Source: an uncultured delta proteobacterium
Lineage (GTDB): Bacteria; Desulfobacterota; Desulfobacteria; Desulfobacterales; Desulfosalsimonadaceae
Reading direction: 5' to 3'
Length of the DNA stretch: 64,000 bases
Assembly (NCBI GenBank): GCA_963826785.1
Contig: CAWGYD010000001.1
Span: forward strand, 800,001-864,000
Shown: positions 51,408 to 61,274 of the stretch, piece by piece
Position numbering within the stretch: position 1 is the first letter of the stretch
How the letters are laid out: each line of letters starts with the position of its first letter
Position numbers and translations under genes: made by a program
The notes under the pieces: generated by a model
Told to the model about the DNA's origin: nothing
What the model saw: the letters and a program-made list of their open reading frames with translations, nothing else
Databases searched by the model: none

Positions 51408-51780
51408 TGATGAAGAGGATTTTTGTTTTTTTGTCCGGGAGAACCTGAAGAACAGCGGTCTTTTTGATGTATTCATTGCAACAAACGGGAAATACGGCAT
51501 CGGATTGGCAATAACAGAAAAGCCCGACATTATTCTTCTGGATCTGGTCATGCCGGACATGTCCGGGGAAGATGTCGCAGATATGCTAAAAAGGTCACCG
51601 GAAACCTCAAGCATACCCATTTTATACCTCACAGCCCTGGCAACTGATGATGACATTGAAGATATTACCATTGGAAATCGATATATTCTTGCCAAACCGG
51701 TAAGAACAAAGAAACTTATCGATACGGTTCAAAAAATTTTGTTGGATTCGCAGACGCGTTCAATCTCTATCTCGAATTGA
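51376..51780 (+). CDS. Single-domain response regulator
   Basis: LIDDE, LLDLVMPDMSG, LTA, KP. Confidence 0.9.
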   Translation: MQPKWKIVLIDDEEDFCFFVRENLKNSGLFDVFIATNGKYGIGLAITEKPDIILLDLVMPDMSGEDVADMLKRSPETSSIPILYLTALATDDDIEDITIGNRYILAKPVRTKKLIDTVQKILLDSQTRSISISN

Positions 51781-51856
51781 ATTTTCATTTCCGTTTTTTA
51801 CAGTTATGCGTGCGGGGTAATCGGCGTTTGTGTATACGTCATGAATTTTTCCAATC

Positions 51857-52004
51857 TTTCCTTCCGTATGGGAATTTTTCCTGCAACACAAGAAATCTGC
51901 TCCAAGTACAATTATTTCGTGATTGATTTTTCACGTGCTTATTGGAGTAACGATTTGGAAATACATAATGTTATTAATTTAAAAGTGTTGGCATAAATTT
52001 TGTA
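51857..52004 (+). promoter_or_regulatory. Sigma54 promoter module B (upstream box plus TGGCAT-AAATT-TTGTA)
   Basis: -24/-12 at 51989-52004; upstream block shared with module A. Confidence 0.62.
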
Positions 52005-52021
52005 AGGTAGTCATTTAGGGA

Positions 52022-53245
52022 ATGAAGAATTTTAACCAGGAGATCGACATGGCCCCTCAATGTGCGGAAGGAAAGCTGGAAAACATGGATGATAATTTGG
52101 CAAAGCAAGATGCATTGCCCGAAGAGACGTTTATTGGCAAAACCAGTGAGGTCAAGGAGAAGATCATGCCTGAATTGGCGTTTATAGAGAAAGAATCCCG
52201 GATCAGGAGCGCTAATCCGATAAAGATTTTGGTCGTGGACGATGAATCCGCTATTCGGAAAATGCTCACGCACCTTTTGGAGAAGGAGGGGTATGACTGC
52301 GTTACCGCCGAAAATGCCGGATCAGCCATTCGCTACCTGTCCGCTCATTCGGTCGATATGGTGATCAGCGATGTTTCCATGCCGGGAAAAACCGGGATAG
52401 AACTTCTAAAGCATATCAAAATAAACTTTCCGACGATTGCCACCATCATCATGACAGGGGTCGGCAGCCAGAATATTGCCGAAACTGCAATCTCCATGGG
52501 CGCATACGGCTATCTGTATAAGCCATTTCAGAAGCGCCAGGTCTTGGCCAATATTTCAGATGCATTACGCCGCAGGTCAATGGATCTTCAAAGCCAGTTT
52601 GAAATGGAGCATCTGGAGCAGATCATCGATGAAAATAAGCGCGATCTCTCCACCTTTAATGATAAAATCACAAAAATTCTTGAGAGCATCATCCGGGCCA
52701 TGTCCATGGCAATTGAATCAAGGGACCCATATACCGCCGGTCATCAGCACCGGGTGGGAAGACTGGCTGCGGTGGTCGCTTCTGAAATGGGTTTTTCCGA
52801 GGAACAGACCCAGTATATCCGAATGGCCGGCATTATTCACGATTTGGGCAAAATTTCGGTGCCGGCCGAGATCCTGAGCAAGCCGGGCAGGCTCACCGAA
52901 TCCGAGATGAACATCATCAAGGACCATCCCCGGATCGGCTATCAGATCTTAAAAGAGATCGAATTTCCTTATCCCCTGGCCCAGATCGTTTATCAGCATC
53001 ATGAGCGGATAGACGGTTCAGGATACCCCCAGGGACTTACCGGAGACGAGATTCTCCCCGAATCCAAAATCCTGGCGGTGGCGGATGTGGTGGAGGCCAT
53101 GATGTCGCACCGGCCCTACCGGCCATCTCTGGGGATCGAGGCGGCCCTTGGGGAAATTAAGAAACACAGGGGCGTATGCTTCGATCCGGCGGCGGTGGAC
53201 GCTTGCTGCCGGGTATTTTCAAACGACAGCTTTCAATTCGAATGA
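52022..53245 (+). CDS. Response regulator with HD-GYP phosphodiesterase domain (RpfG-like)
   Basis: REC (VVDDE, ISDVSMPG), RDPYTAGH, HDLGK, HHERIDGSGYP, RPYR. True start may be further downstream. Confidence 0.92.
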   Translation: MKNFNQEIDMAPQCAEGKLENMDDNLAKQDALPEETFIGKTSEVKEKIMPELAFIEKESRIRSANPIKILVVDDESAIRKMLTHLLEKEGYDCVTAENAGSAIRYLSAHSVDMVISDVSMPGKTGIELLKHIKINFPTIATIIMTGVGSQNIAETAISMGAYGYLYKPFQKRQVLANISDALRRRSMDLQSQFEMEHLEQIIDENKRDLSTFNDKITKILESIIRAMSMAIESRDPYTAGHQHRVGRLAAVVASEMGFSEEQTQYIRMAGIIHDLGKISVPAEILSKPGRLTESEMNIIKDHPRIGYQILKEIEFPYPLAQIVYQHHERIDGSGYPQGLTGDEILPESKILAVADVVEAMMSHRPYRPSLGIEAALGEIKKHRGVCFDPAAVDACCRVFSNDSFQFE

Positions 53246-53457
53246 TCATCAAAAAAGATCAGCGGATCAAGACCATTTTCGACAGGCATCAGCTGTTTGA
53301 CCAGGTGAAAGCGGTTATGAACGTTGAAGTATAAGCATAATTTCTTGCTCTCGGATCATCAGGGAAACATGTAATTAAGGGCTTTGCGATTGCGGTATGT
53401 GTTTTGTCTCTATTTCGGTTCAGCTTATCTTTAGAGTTGGTGTAACAGGAGGTAACC

Positions 53458-53712
53458 ATGGATGATGGTTCTGAAAAACAAAGAGTTTTAATTTTCACCC
53501 GTCAATTTGAGATTACGGGCAACCTTCATATCCTATACGGGGTCAGGCTGACCGACTATATGAATGAGTCAAAAGAATTCATAGCGTTAACGGATGTTGA
53601 AGTAAAACGTCCAGATAGTGAAGCGGTCGTATCCTCGTCTTTTTTAAATATAAATAAAGCAGATATTGAAATTATCATGCCGGCGCATTTAGTGACGCAA
53701 ACCACTCCCTGA
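53458..53712 (+). CDS. Small conserved hypothetical protein
   Basis: RBS AGGAGG; ITGNLH...RLTDYMN...FIALTDV...INK.DIEII. Confidence 0.7.
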   Translation: MDDGSEKQRVLIFTRQFEITGNLHILYGVRLTDYMNESKEFIALTDVEVKRPDSEAVVSSSFLNINKADIEIIMPAHLVTQTTP

Positions 53713-53737
53713 TGATGGGCAACTAAGGACACGTTCC

Positions 53738-55642
53738 ATGGCAAAATTAGATGAACTGTTCAGTGCCGCGATTAACGTGAATGCATCTGATATACATATT
53801 GTAGCGGGTGAGCCCGTCATCATAAGGCATTTGGGAAAGTTGAAAAAAACTGACTGCGCGCCGCTGTCGATGACGAAATGCCGGGAAGTTGTTTTTGAAC
53901 TGTTGTCCGAGCCGCAGAAAAAAGAGTTTGAAGAAAAATTTCAACTGGATTTTGTGTATGAGATTTCCGGTATTGGCCGTTTCCGGGGTAGCGTTATGCA
54001 GCATCAACGCGGGATGAGTGCCGTGTTTCGCGTTATTCCGCCGAAAATTATACCCCTGGATGCCCTCGGATTACCGGACACTATAAATGAAATTCTGGAT
54101 AATCATCAGGGGATCATACTGGTCACCGGCGCAACCGGGCAAGGCAAATCTACTACACTTGCGGCAATGATCGATTATATCAATGAAAACCGCTCACACC
54201 ATATACTGACGATCGAAGATCCGATTGAATTTGTCCATCCGTTCAAAAAAGGGGTGGTCAATCAACGACAAATTGGAACCGGCACATTACAAGTAGCGGT
54301 TTTCGGAGTTTTGGCCAAAGACCGGTTTGCCCTTCCGGTGGATGTCCGGTTGTACCTGCCTAAAAAATGGACCGATGATCCGGAGCGCTGCGACAAGGCA
54401 GGCATCCCTGAAACAGCGCGCACATTTCGCACCAAAGAGGAGCTTGCCCTTGAAATCGTCGCCCATGCCAGAGAAAATGATCTGCATTATGCCTGGGTGG
54501 GGGCTGACGGCGGATATGGAAAAGGTCCTGGATTTTGTATCGCCCTGGATCGGATGGGTGAACGCTTTGTAGTGGATCTGCACTCGGATTTTCGAGTTTA
54601 TGTGGAAAAACCGAACCCCTATCTTCCTGTAAGCCGAAAAGGTCGGAAGTTTACCCGCTATCGTGTTGATGAAAAAAGCATAGAGGTCAAAGATGCTGTT
54701 GAACGGATGGGCCTTTCCGTCCAGCCCATTCTGGAAGTGAGAAATACCACGCGTGGAATACTCAAAATGCGGGCGTTGCGCATTCCCGTTTATATTTGGG
54801 AAAATGGAGACGGCATGATTCATCGGTATTCTCTCATTGCGACACAGACGCTGGGCAAAAATCCCGAAACAAAAATATCGCTCTCCAACGCGCCGGAAAC
54901 GCTTGACCTGAAAACCATTGCATGGATGCAACTTCAACGATTCTGGGTAGAGCGGGCCTTTGAAGATGCAAAAAGCGAGTGCGGCATGGCCGATTACCAA
55001 GTCCGTAAATGGAGAGCGTGGCATCATCATATGGCTCTGGTGATGATGGCAATGCTGTTTATGCTCAATGAACGGATAAGACACAAAGACACATATCCCC
55101 TGTTATCATGTTCGGACATTGAAGAACTTACCTATGCCAATGCATTAAAAAGCGCGCTTCGTCAGGACCCCGACGTTATCATGATCGGTGAACTCAGGGA
55201 CCTGGAAACAATCTCAATGGCCATAACAGCTTCGGAAACCGGACATCTTGTCATTGGAACCCTGTCAACATCCAGTGCCCATAAAACAGTGGAGCGGATC
55301 ATCGATTCGTTTCCGGCAAAGGAACAGAATCAAATCCGATCGATGGTGAGCGAAACGTTGAAAGGCATTATTACGCAACGCCTGGTGCCGGCAGTGGATG
55401 GCAGTAAAATGGAACTGGCTCTTGAAATTTTAATTGGCACATTGCCTATGGCCAACTTAATCCGAGATGAAAAGACCTACCAGATTCCATCCATGATGCA
55501 GACCAAAAAAAAAGAAGGAATGATCCTGATGGATGAATCACTGATGATGCTGATGCAGGATGGAAAAATTACGGCAAAAGATGCCATGGCCAATGCGAAT
55601 AAACCGGATAGATTCAAAACATATCTGGACAAAACAAACTGA
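53738..55642 (+). CDS. pilT: PilT/PilU-family ATPase carrying an in-frame 280-codon IS701 transposase-derived insert
   Basis: [22 protein letters not shown]...[10 protein letters not shown] | insert | [40 protein letters not shown]. Confidence 0.88.
   Translation: MAKLDELFSAAINVNASDIHIVAGEPVIIRHLGKLKKTDCAPLSMTKCREVVFELLSEPQKKEFEEKFQLDFVYEISGIGRFRGSVMQHQRGMSAVFRVIPPKIIPLDALGLPDTINEILDNHQGIILVTGATGQGKSTTLAAMIDYINENRSHHILTIEDPIEFVHPFKKGVVNQRQIGTGTLQVAVFGVLAKDRFALPVDVRLYLPKKWTDDPERCDKAGIPETARTFRTKEELALEIVAHARENDLHYAWVGADGGYGKGPGFCIALDRMGERFVVDLHSDFRVYVEKPNPYLPVSRKGRKFTRYRVDEKSIEVKDAVERMGLSVQPILEVRNTTRGILKMRALRIPVYIWENGDGMIHRYSLIATQTLGKNPETKISLSNAPETLDLKTIAWMQLQRFWVERAFEDAKSECGMADYQVRKWRAWHHHMALVMMAMLFMLNERIRHKDTYPLLSCSDIEELTYANALKSALRQDPDVIMIGELRDLETISMAITASETGHLVIGTLSTSSAHKTVERIIDSFPAKEQNQIRSMVSETLKGIITQRLVPAVDGSKMELALEILIGTLPMANLIRDEKTYQIPSMMQTKKKEGMILMDESLMMLMQDGKITAKDAMANANKPDRFKTYLDKTN
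54287..55129 (+). mobile_element. Internal fragment of an IS701-family DDE transposase (no IRs, start or stop)
   Basis: QVAVF...[21 protein letters not shown]...FRTKEELAL...WVGADGGYG...[36 protein letters not shown]. Confidence 0.9.
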
Positions 55643-55691
55643 ACCGGTCTGACAGCAAGTTCATATCCATATCTATAACAGGGATGAATGA

Positions 55692-56735
55692 ATGACGAAA
55701 CAGCTTCATCAATATTTCACGGAAATGGAAGAGAAGGGCGCAAGCGACCTGCATATGGTGATCGGATTGCCCCCCATGATCCGGCTCAACGGTGAACTGT
55801 TACCACTGGACCATCCAGTCATTACACCGGACTCGAACAGGGAGATTCTCTATGATATCCTGCTGCCCGAGCAACAGGCCCGGCTTGAGGAAAACCTCGA
55901 TTTTGACATGGCCTATGAGCTTGAAAACGTCGGGCGGTTCCGGTGTAATTTTTTCTATCAGCACCGCGGCATCGGTGCGGTATTCAGAATAATTCCTTCA
56001 AAAATATTGACTTTGGATGAGCTTTCGCTTCCCGAGGTTCTTAAAACCATTGCTGAATATCGGAAGGGCCTTGTTTTGGTTACCGGACCCACCGGAAGCG
56101 GGAAATCAACGACGCTGGCGGCGATCATCGATTACATCAATGACAGAAGGGACGCTCACATCATTACAATAGAAGACCCGCTTGAATTTGTTCATCAAAA
56201 CAAAAAATGTCTGATTACACATCGCGAAATAGGCTCTCATGCGAGAAGTTTTGGTGAGGCATTAAAAGTTGCCAGCCGGGAAAATCCGGATATTATCCTT
56301 GTGGGCGAAATGCGGGATCTTGAAACAATTGCGCTCGCTTTGACCTGTGCGGAATTGGGCATCCTGGTATTCGGAACATTGCATACGAACAGTGCGGCAC
56401 GAACCATAGACCGAATCATTAATGTCTTTCCCACAGACCAACAGGCCCAGATCAGGACCATGCTGTCCGAATCCATCCTGGCGGTCATTGCTCAGCAGCT
56501 CATCAAAACCAAAACTGGCGGAAGGTGTGCGGCCAATGAAATCCTGATCGGCTCGACGGCCCTGGCCAATATGATCAGGGAAGGGAAAATTTCGCAGATC
56601 GGTTCGCTTTTACAAACGGGCATTTCGAAGGGAATGCAAAGCATGGACAGCCATTTGTCGAGATTGGTCAAAGAAAATAAAATAACCAAGGAATCCGCAT
56701 ATGAAAAAGCCATCGAAAAAACGCTTTTTTTATAA
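55692..56735 (+). CDS. pilT: Type IV pilus retraction ATPase PilT
   Basis: GASDLH, GPTGSGKSTT, EDPLEF, RENPDIILVGEMRD, GTLHTNSA, ANMIREGK. Confidence 0.93.
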   Translation: MTKQLHQYFTEMEEKGASDLHMVIGLPPMIRLNGELLPLDHPVITPDSNREILYDILLPEQQARLEENLDFDMAYELENVGRFRCNFFYQHRGIGAVFRIIPSKILTLDELSLPEVLKTIAEYRKGLVLVTGPTGSGKSTTLAAIIDYINDRRDAHIITIEDPLEFVHQNKKCLITHREIGSHARSFGEALKVASRENPDIILVGEMRDLETIALALTCAELGILVFGTLHTNSAARTIDRIINVFPTDQQAQIRTMLSESILAVIAQQLIKTKTGGRCAANEILIGSTALANMIREGKISQIGSLLQTGISKGMQSMDSHLSRLVKENKITKESAYEKAIEKTLFL

Positions 56736-56762
56736 GGACATGTCATCTTAGGAAAATTGAAA

Positions 56763-58481
56763 ATGGAAAATCCAGCTTTTAATGAACTAAACATTGCGGC
56801 GCAAAGGCTTTTTGGGGCGCTTGAAAGCAATGGTTTTGATGCTGCCAGTAATTTTATAGATGAACTTGAGCAGTTGAACAACTGGCGTAAAAGCCTCTTG
56901 GATTTCACCAACGATTTGGCCGTTGCCATGGGTAGTTTTCACATTAACGATACGGCCACCAACAAGAGTCATATTCATTCTTTTGTCAAAGGGATCAGCA
57001 CCATCACCGCCATTCCGACCAAGGACAGCGATAAAAGTATCGTTATCCGACACCGCGGATTGAGCCCATCGGACAAACATACGGATCAGGAGTACTTTTT
57101 AAATAATGACTATGTGATATCCGTCGGAGATTGCGTTATTGATAACCAGCAACTGGATTATCTTGTAAAATTCGGGATCATGGATGCCAAAGAGTTGGCC
57201 GAGCAATTGAAAAAAACATTTCAGTTTTTTCACATGGCAAACATTTACATCATCACCATCCGTTATAACAACTGGGAACTCAAGGAGCAGCAAACGGTCC
57301 ATGACGCGCTGATGGCATGGGGGCAATATTTTACGGGGTATAAGAAAGGGTTTGGTATTGTTTTAGATGAAACCGGGCGGCCGAACGCCGGCCTGACGAT
57401 TCTCGCGGGATTAAATAAACTGAAACTGGAAAAATTTCAGGCGGTGGCGGACAAGGTCCAGAAACTTGTGAGCCAGGACAAATCCGGGATGAGGTTTAAA
57501 GGCGTATACAGCTTATATGATGCCATTTTCGCTATTGACGAGTTGAAATCAAAATTTAAGAAATCGCCCATCGAGATCAACAATGACAAATATATACAGG
57601 TATGGCAAAACTGCTTTGACAAAAACGGGCGGTTTAACCGAATTAAGTTTAATCAACACCGGCGTGTTTTTCAGGACTGGAAAAACGCCTTTTATGTCTT
57701 CTGGATGGATCTAAAATCCGTGATCATCGCTGAAGACAGGGAAACCATTCTCAACTGCATCATCCGGTTTATCGCCGACAGCAAATTGCTCAATGAATAT
57801 GTGGATTATATTCTTAAAGATTTTTATTATTACCCGTTGAATCTTCAATTCTCCGACAGGGATTCATTGTTTGTCGCCAACCTGCTGTTATTTAAGAACT
57901 ACGTGAACATCTCCTATGACTTCGGTCATACGCCGGGGGAAGTCCTTTTTTCCGAGGACCCGTTAAATGAGGATTTGGTGGAACGGCTGCACACTGAAAT
58001 CAATGACAAATGGGCGGAAAAATTTTTACAAAAGCATGTCACTGTCAAAAAAAACTTACATCAGGCGCTTAAAGAGATTGAAGAGCAGGACAATATCATG
58101 CCCCCTCCGTTTTTGATCAATGTGATGCGGGAGCTTTACATTTTTTTAACACTTGTTTGGGGCAAGGAGTTTAAATCGATTGTTTTAGATACGGTGAAAG
58201 AATATGCCAATCCAAAATCAGATCTTTACTGTTCTGAAAACAGCCCAAAGGTCCTTTTGCCGCTTTTGCAGTTTTTTCAGATTACCATTTTATGCCTGAT
58301 CAAGCTGGGTGATGAAAGTGACGTCGATTTGTTAAATTCCATCCGGTTCAGGGAGACCGATTTTTTGTCCATGAAAGGGGTTCTTCCGTCTGAATCATCG
58401 CCTCAAAAAAAATTGATTCACAAAATAATGAGCGTGGTAGCAGAGGGGGTCGTTTCAGTTGGGAAAAAACCGGGGCCTTAA
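56763..58481 (+). CDS. Large hypothetical protein
   Basis: About 572-aa uninterrupted ORF right after pilT; no motif recognised. Confidence 0.75.
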   Translation: MENPAFNELNIAAQRLFGALESNGFDAASNFIDELEQLNNWRKSLLDFTNDLAVAMGSFHINDTATNKSHIHSFVKGISTITAIPTKDSDKSIVIRHRGLSPSDKHTDQEYFLNNDYVISVGDCVIDNQQLDYLVKFGIMDAKELAEQLKKTFQFFHMANIYIITIRYNNWELKEQQTVHDALMAWGQYFTGYKKGFGIVLDETGRPNAGLTILAGLNKLKLEKFQAVADKVQKLVSQDKSGMRFKGVYSLYDAIFAIDELKSKFKKSPIEINNDKYIQVWQNCFDKNGRFNRIKFNQHRRVFQDWKNAFYVFWMDLKSVIIAEDRETILNCIIRFIADSKLLNEYVDYILKDFYYYPLNLQFSDRDSLFVANLLLFKNYVNISYDFGHTPGEVLFSEDPLNEDLVERLHTEINDKWAEKFLQKHVTVKKNLHQALKEIEEQDNIMPPPFLINVMRELYIFLTLVWGKEFKSIVLDTVKEYANPKSDLYCSENSPKVLLPLLQFFQITILCLIKLGDESDVDLLNSIRFRETDFLSMKGVLPSESSPQKKLIHKIMSVVAEGVVSVGKKPGP

Positions 58482-58625
58482 GAGCAGAAACAGTCAATGG
58501 ATATGCTGTTTTCGTGCTTTGTTCAATTGAGATAGTTCAATAATCCAAACGGCTCAGCGGTATGATAAATAAATTAATTTCAAGTGTTGAATTTGCCCAG
58601 AATCATGTAAGGCGCGCGGGTTCCC

Positions 58626-58922
58626 TCAATCTCCATATAGGTCCATTTCCGGATAATATTTCTCCGCGCAACCCGGGCAGATACCATGGCTGAATTCGGC
58701 CCGTGAGTGTTCGCTGATATATGATTCAATCTGTATCCAATTACCACTTTCAGATCTTATCATTTTACAATGCGAACAGATGGGGAGCAGTCCCTGCAAT
58801 GTTTCAATACGATCCAGGGCGGCCTGCAGTTCCGCATTCCTTTTCGTCAATTTGCGCTGAAGATTGACCAGCTCATTATTCAGGCGGGACAATTCTTCAT
58901 ATGTATCTTCATGTTCGGTCAT
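58626..58922 (-). CDS. Small coiled-coil protein with LPICxxCK...SHGICPxC zinc-type tail
   Basis: YEELSRLNNELVNLQR...LQGLLPICSHCKMIR...W..IE.YI...FSHGICPGC. Confidence 0.8.
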   Translation of the reverse strand: MTEHEDTYEELSRLNNELVNLQRKLTKRNAELQAALDRIETLQGLLPICSHCKMIRSESGNWIQIESYISEHSRAEFSHGICPGCAEKYYPEMDLYGD

Positions 58923-58940
58923 TCCAATGCTCTCGTGATT

Positions 58941-59360
58941 TTATATGTTCGTCATGCGCTGCTGCATGATCATCATTCCATTCAGGTAGGGTTTGATTTC
59001 CATAAATGCCTGATCGGGAATTTTTCTCTCCAACGCATGGGAATACCGTTTTAAGTTGTCCATTACCATTTTTGCGGATACACCATAAACCGGCAGACGT
59101 GTTTTCGCCCATTCCATTTCATTTTCGAGAATACCCCCGGCCGCAAATACCATTGCAGAACGAAGCATGCGGGTCACAAATCCCAGCCCGTTTCGTATCA
59201 TCGGTTCTGCGTCGGCACCCATTGTAGATTGCGGATCATCCTCGGCCATGCAAATTTTGGCCACTTCCACCTCGACCTCGGCACAAACCACATCAAAACA
59301 GGCCAGGGACGCCTCTGATACCGCCTTCGAATCTTTAAACGGACTTTCATTTTCTGACAT
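58941..59360 (-). CDS. Hypothetical helical protein (possibly globin-like)
   Basis: 139-aa ORF overlapping the upstream gene's stop codon. Confidence 0.6.
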   Translation of the reverse strand: MSENESPFKDSKAVSEASLACFDVVCAEVEVEVAKICMAEDDPQSTMGADAEPMIRNGLGFVTRMLRSAMVFAAGGILENEMEWAKTRLPVYGVSAKMVMDNLKRYSHALERKIPDQAFMEIKPYLNGMMIMQQRMTNI

Positions 59361-60036
59361 TTTTTATCCCGCTCTGTATCATTTCATCTGCCAAGCGAAT
59401 GGCCTGCTGAGCGTCTGTTGCCGTTCCATCCGCCCCGATTTTTTGCCACATGGAATCCACATGTAGGAACGTATATCCCCCCACAAATATGGGGATATCT
59501 CCTGTTTGGGGCGAAGCATTTACGGCATGGATCAATTTTTTTGCATCCTCCAGTCGATCGTGCATGGTGACGCTGACGGCAAGCAAATCATATTTCGTCG
59601 ATTCCAGCACACTGACAATGCTTTCACTCGGTGTATTCGCACCAATATAATCCGTGTTCCATCCTTCCATCTCAAAGAAATCCGATAACATGCGCAGGCC
59701 CAGTTCATGAAGTTCACCCTGCACACAGGCGGCAAGCAATCGTCTTCCTTTTGCAGCGCCAGTGAATATTCTGGAATAGAGCATTGACATAATGAGTTGC
59801 GTCGCATTGGTGCAATAATGCTCCTGGCCAACCGATATCTTTCCGGATTCCCAGAGCCAGCCGACCTCGTACTGGACCGGCTGGAAAACATACAGGTAAA
59901 TATCTTTGATGCTGACACCTTTCTCCACTGCCTGCAAAATCAACTCTTTTGACTGACTTGTTTCGCGCGAGAGCAAGGCTTTCAGATACTTGCGGGACAA
60001 TTCGGATAACGGCATATTCGGAGTGATGAACTTCAT
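59347..60036 (-). CDS. Cobalamin B12-binding domain protein (cap plus Rossmann)
   Basis: VGWLWESGKISVGQEH, GELHELG, YIGANTP, SVT, IFVGG, IGADG. Confidence 0.9.
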   Translation of the reverse strand: MKFITPNMPLSELSRKYLKALLSRETSQSKELILQAVEKGVSIKDIYLYVFQPVQYEVGWLWESGKISVGQEHYCTNATQLIMSMLYSRIFTGAAKGRRLLAACVQGELHELGLRMLSDFFEMEGWNTDYIGANTPSESIVSVLESTKYDLLAVSVTMHDRLEDAKKLIHAVNASPQTGDIPIFVGGYTFLHVDSMWQKIGADGTATDAQQAIRLADEMIQSGIKNVRK

Positions 60037-60451
60037 ACCTTGCGCAATATCAAAGATTTCGTCGTTTACAGGAGTAAGATCAAGGTTTCAAGCGTACGGC
60101 CACCACGAATATCATAGATTTTTAAACAGAAAAAGTAATCTTTATGAATATTGTTATAGAATTGAAGAATTCTTGCCAGTGTTTTTAACAATCCCGCCTT
60201 TTCTGCCTCATGAATACTGGATCTGGCAATCCGCAACGGGCGAATTAGCTTTTAATCGTGAAAAATGGGAGACCAGTGTTTTGAAAATTCAGGATAGCCA
60301 AATAGGAAATGTTTTAAATTCAGGAATTCAGGCTCAAATAATTAACTCATTCGATAATAAATATTTAAAAATATAATACTTAATTGCCAACCCGAATCAC
60401 AGGGACTCACGAATTTTTGACACAGATCAAATGGGAAATATCATGTTTTGA

Positions 60452-60553
60452 CATGATAAAGCTAAACCTGCCGTAAGGCAGGGACGGAAAGTCACGGGTC
60501 TTTTCGTTCTCGTCTTCAAATTGCGCCCCAAGAAGATAGCCGGACTGCCGATT
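60452..60553 (+). ncRNA. c-di-GMP-I (GEMM) riboswitch
   Basis: GATAAAGCTAAA-CCTGCC-GTAA-GGCAGG-GACGGAAAGTCACGGGTCTT...AAGATAGCCGGACTGCCG. Confidence 0.88.
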
Positions 60554-60636
60554 CCCCACACCCTTTCCGACTTGCCTTTTCCGATACGAGGAGTTGGGGT
60601 GTATGGACTCACTTCTATCTCCAGGAGGAGACGAAT

Positions 60637-61254
60637 ATGGTCAGGACAATGTCAAAGTTCGGCTATTTTCTTGTTGCAGCGGCAATACTTGGCGGACTTG
60701 CAACGTCATCTTCGGCGAAAAGCCGCGCTGCAGATAAAGCGGGCCAGCACCCGGCCGGCAACCTGACAGAGGCCACGGAGTCTATCCCCGATGAGTTTAC
60801 CGGGGCGCTGATCGGTAGCCTGGAGCAACGCGGCTTTCAGGTCAGCGTGGGCTTCGCCACGGAGACCGGTAACGCCACCTATGTGGGCTTGTCCGCCAAT
60901 GACGCCGCTATCATGGGGGGAGTCCCGAACGGGACCCTATTGGATACTGAGCTCAAGGGATCCGCAGATGTTTATGCGCCCGTGGACAAACCCGACAAGT
61001 TCAGCAAGTTCTTCGTGCATTTTTTTGCCAGTGACTGTGCCGTACTCGAGGGACTATCCAGTGACTGTGAAGCCGATCCCGTATCCGGCGGATCGAAGTG
61101 CTGCACCAGGATCAGCGGCATGTCGACAATAGGAGATCCGGTTCTGCAGGGCATGATCATGATTTCGCTGCGCAACTACATCTCCCCGGAAACGCAGAGC
61201 GGGCCGGATTCCTCCAGACTTTTGACACCGAGGATCATCACATTCAAGCCATAG
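60637..61254 (+). CDS. Secreted hypothetical protein
   Basis: RBS AGGAGGAG, signal peptide, Cys-containing C-terminal part. Confidence 0.7.
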   Translation: MVRTMSKFGYFLVAAAILGGLATSSSAKSRAADKAGQHPAGNLTEATESIPDEFTGALIGSLEQRGFQVSVGFATETGNATYVGLSANDAAIMGGVPNGTLLDTELKGSADVYAPVDKPDKFSKFFVHFFASDCAVLEGLSSDCEADPVSGGSKCCTRISGMSTIGDPVLQGMIMISLRNYISPETQSGPDSSRLLTPRIITFKP

Positions 61255-61274
61255 CGGCTGAAGAGGTCTGCAAA

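Noticed and set aside
54287..55084. 265-aa minus-strand ORF ending exactly at the insert boundary
   Set aside because: Antisense shadow of the transposase frame; no motif, and its stop is just the complement of the TTA Leu codon.
54287..55129. Insert as an intein or group I/II intron
   Set aside because: No Cys/Ser first residue or His-Asn end, no LAGLIDADG or RT motifs, and no non-coding ribozyme sequence; it is wholly transposase-coding.
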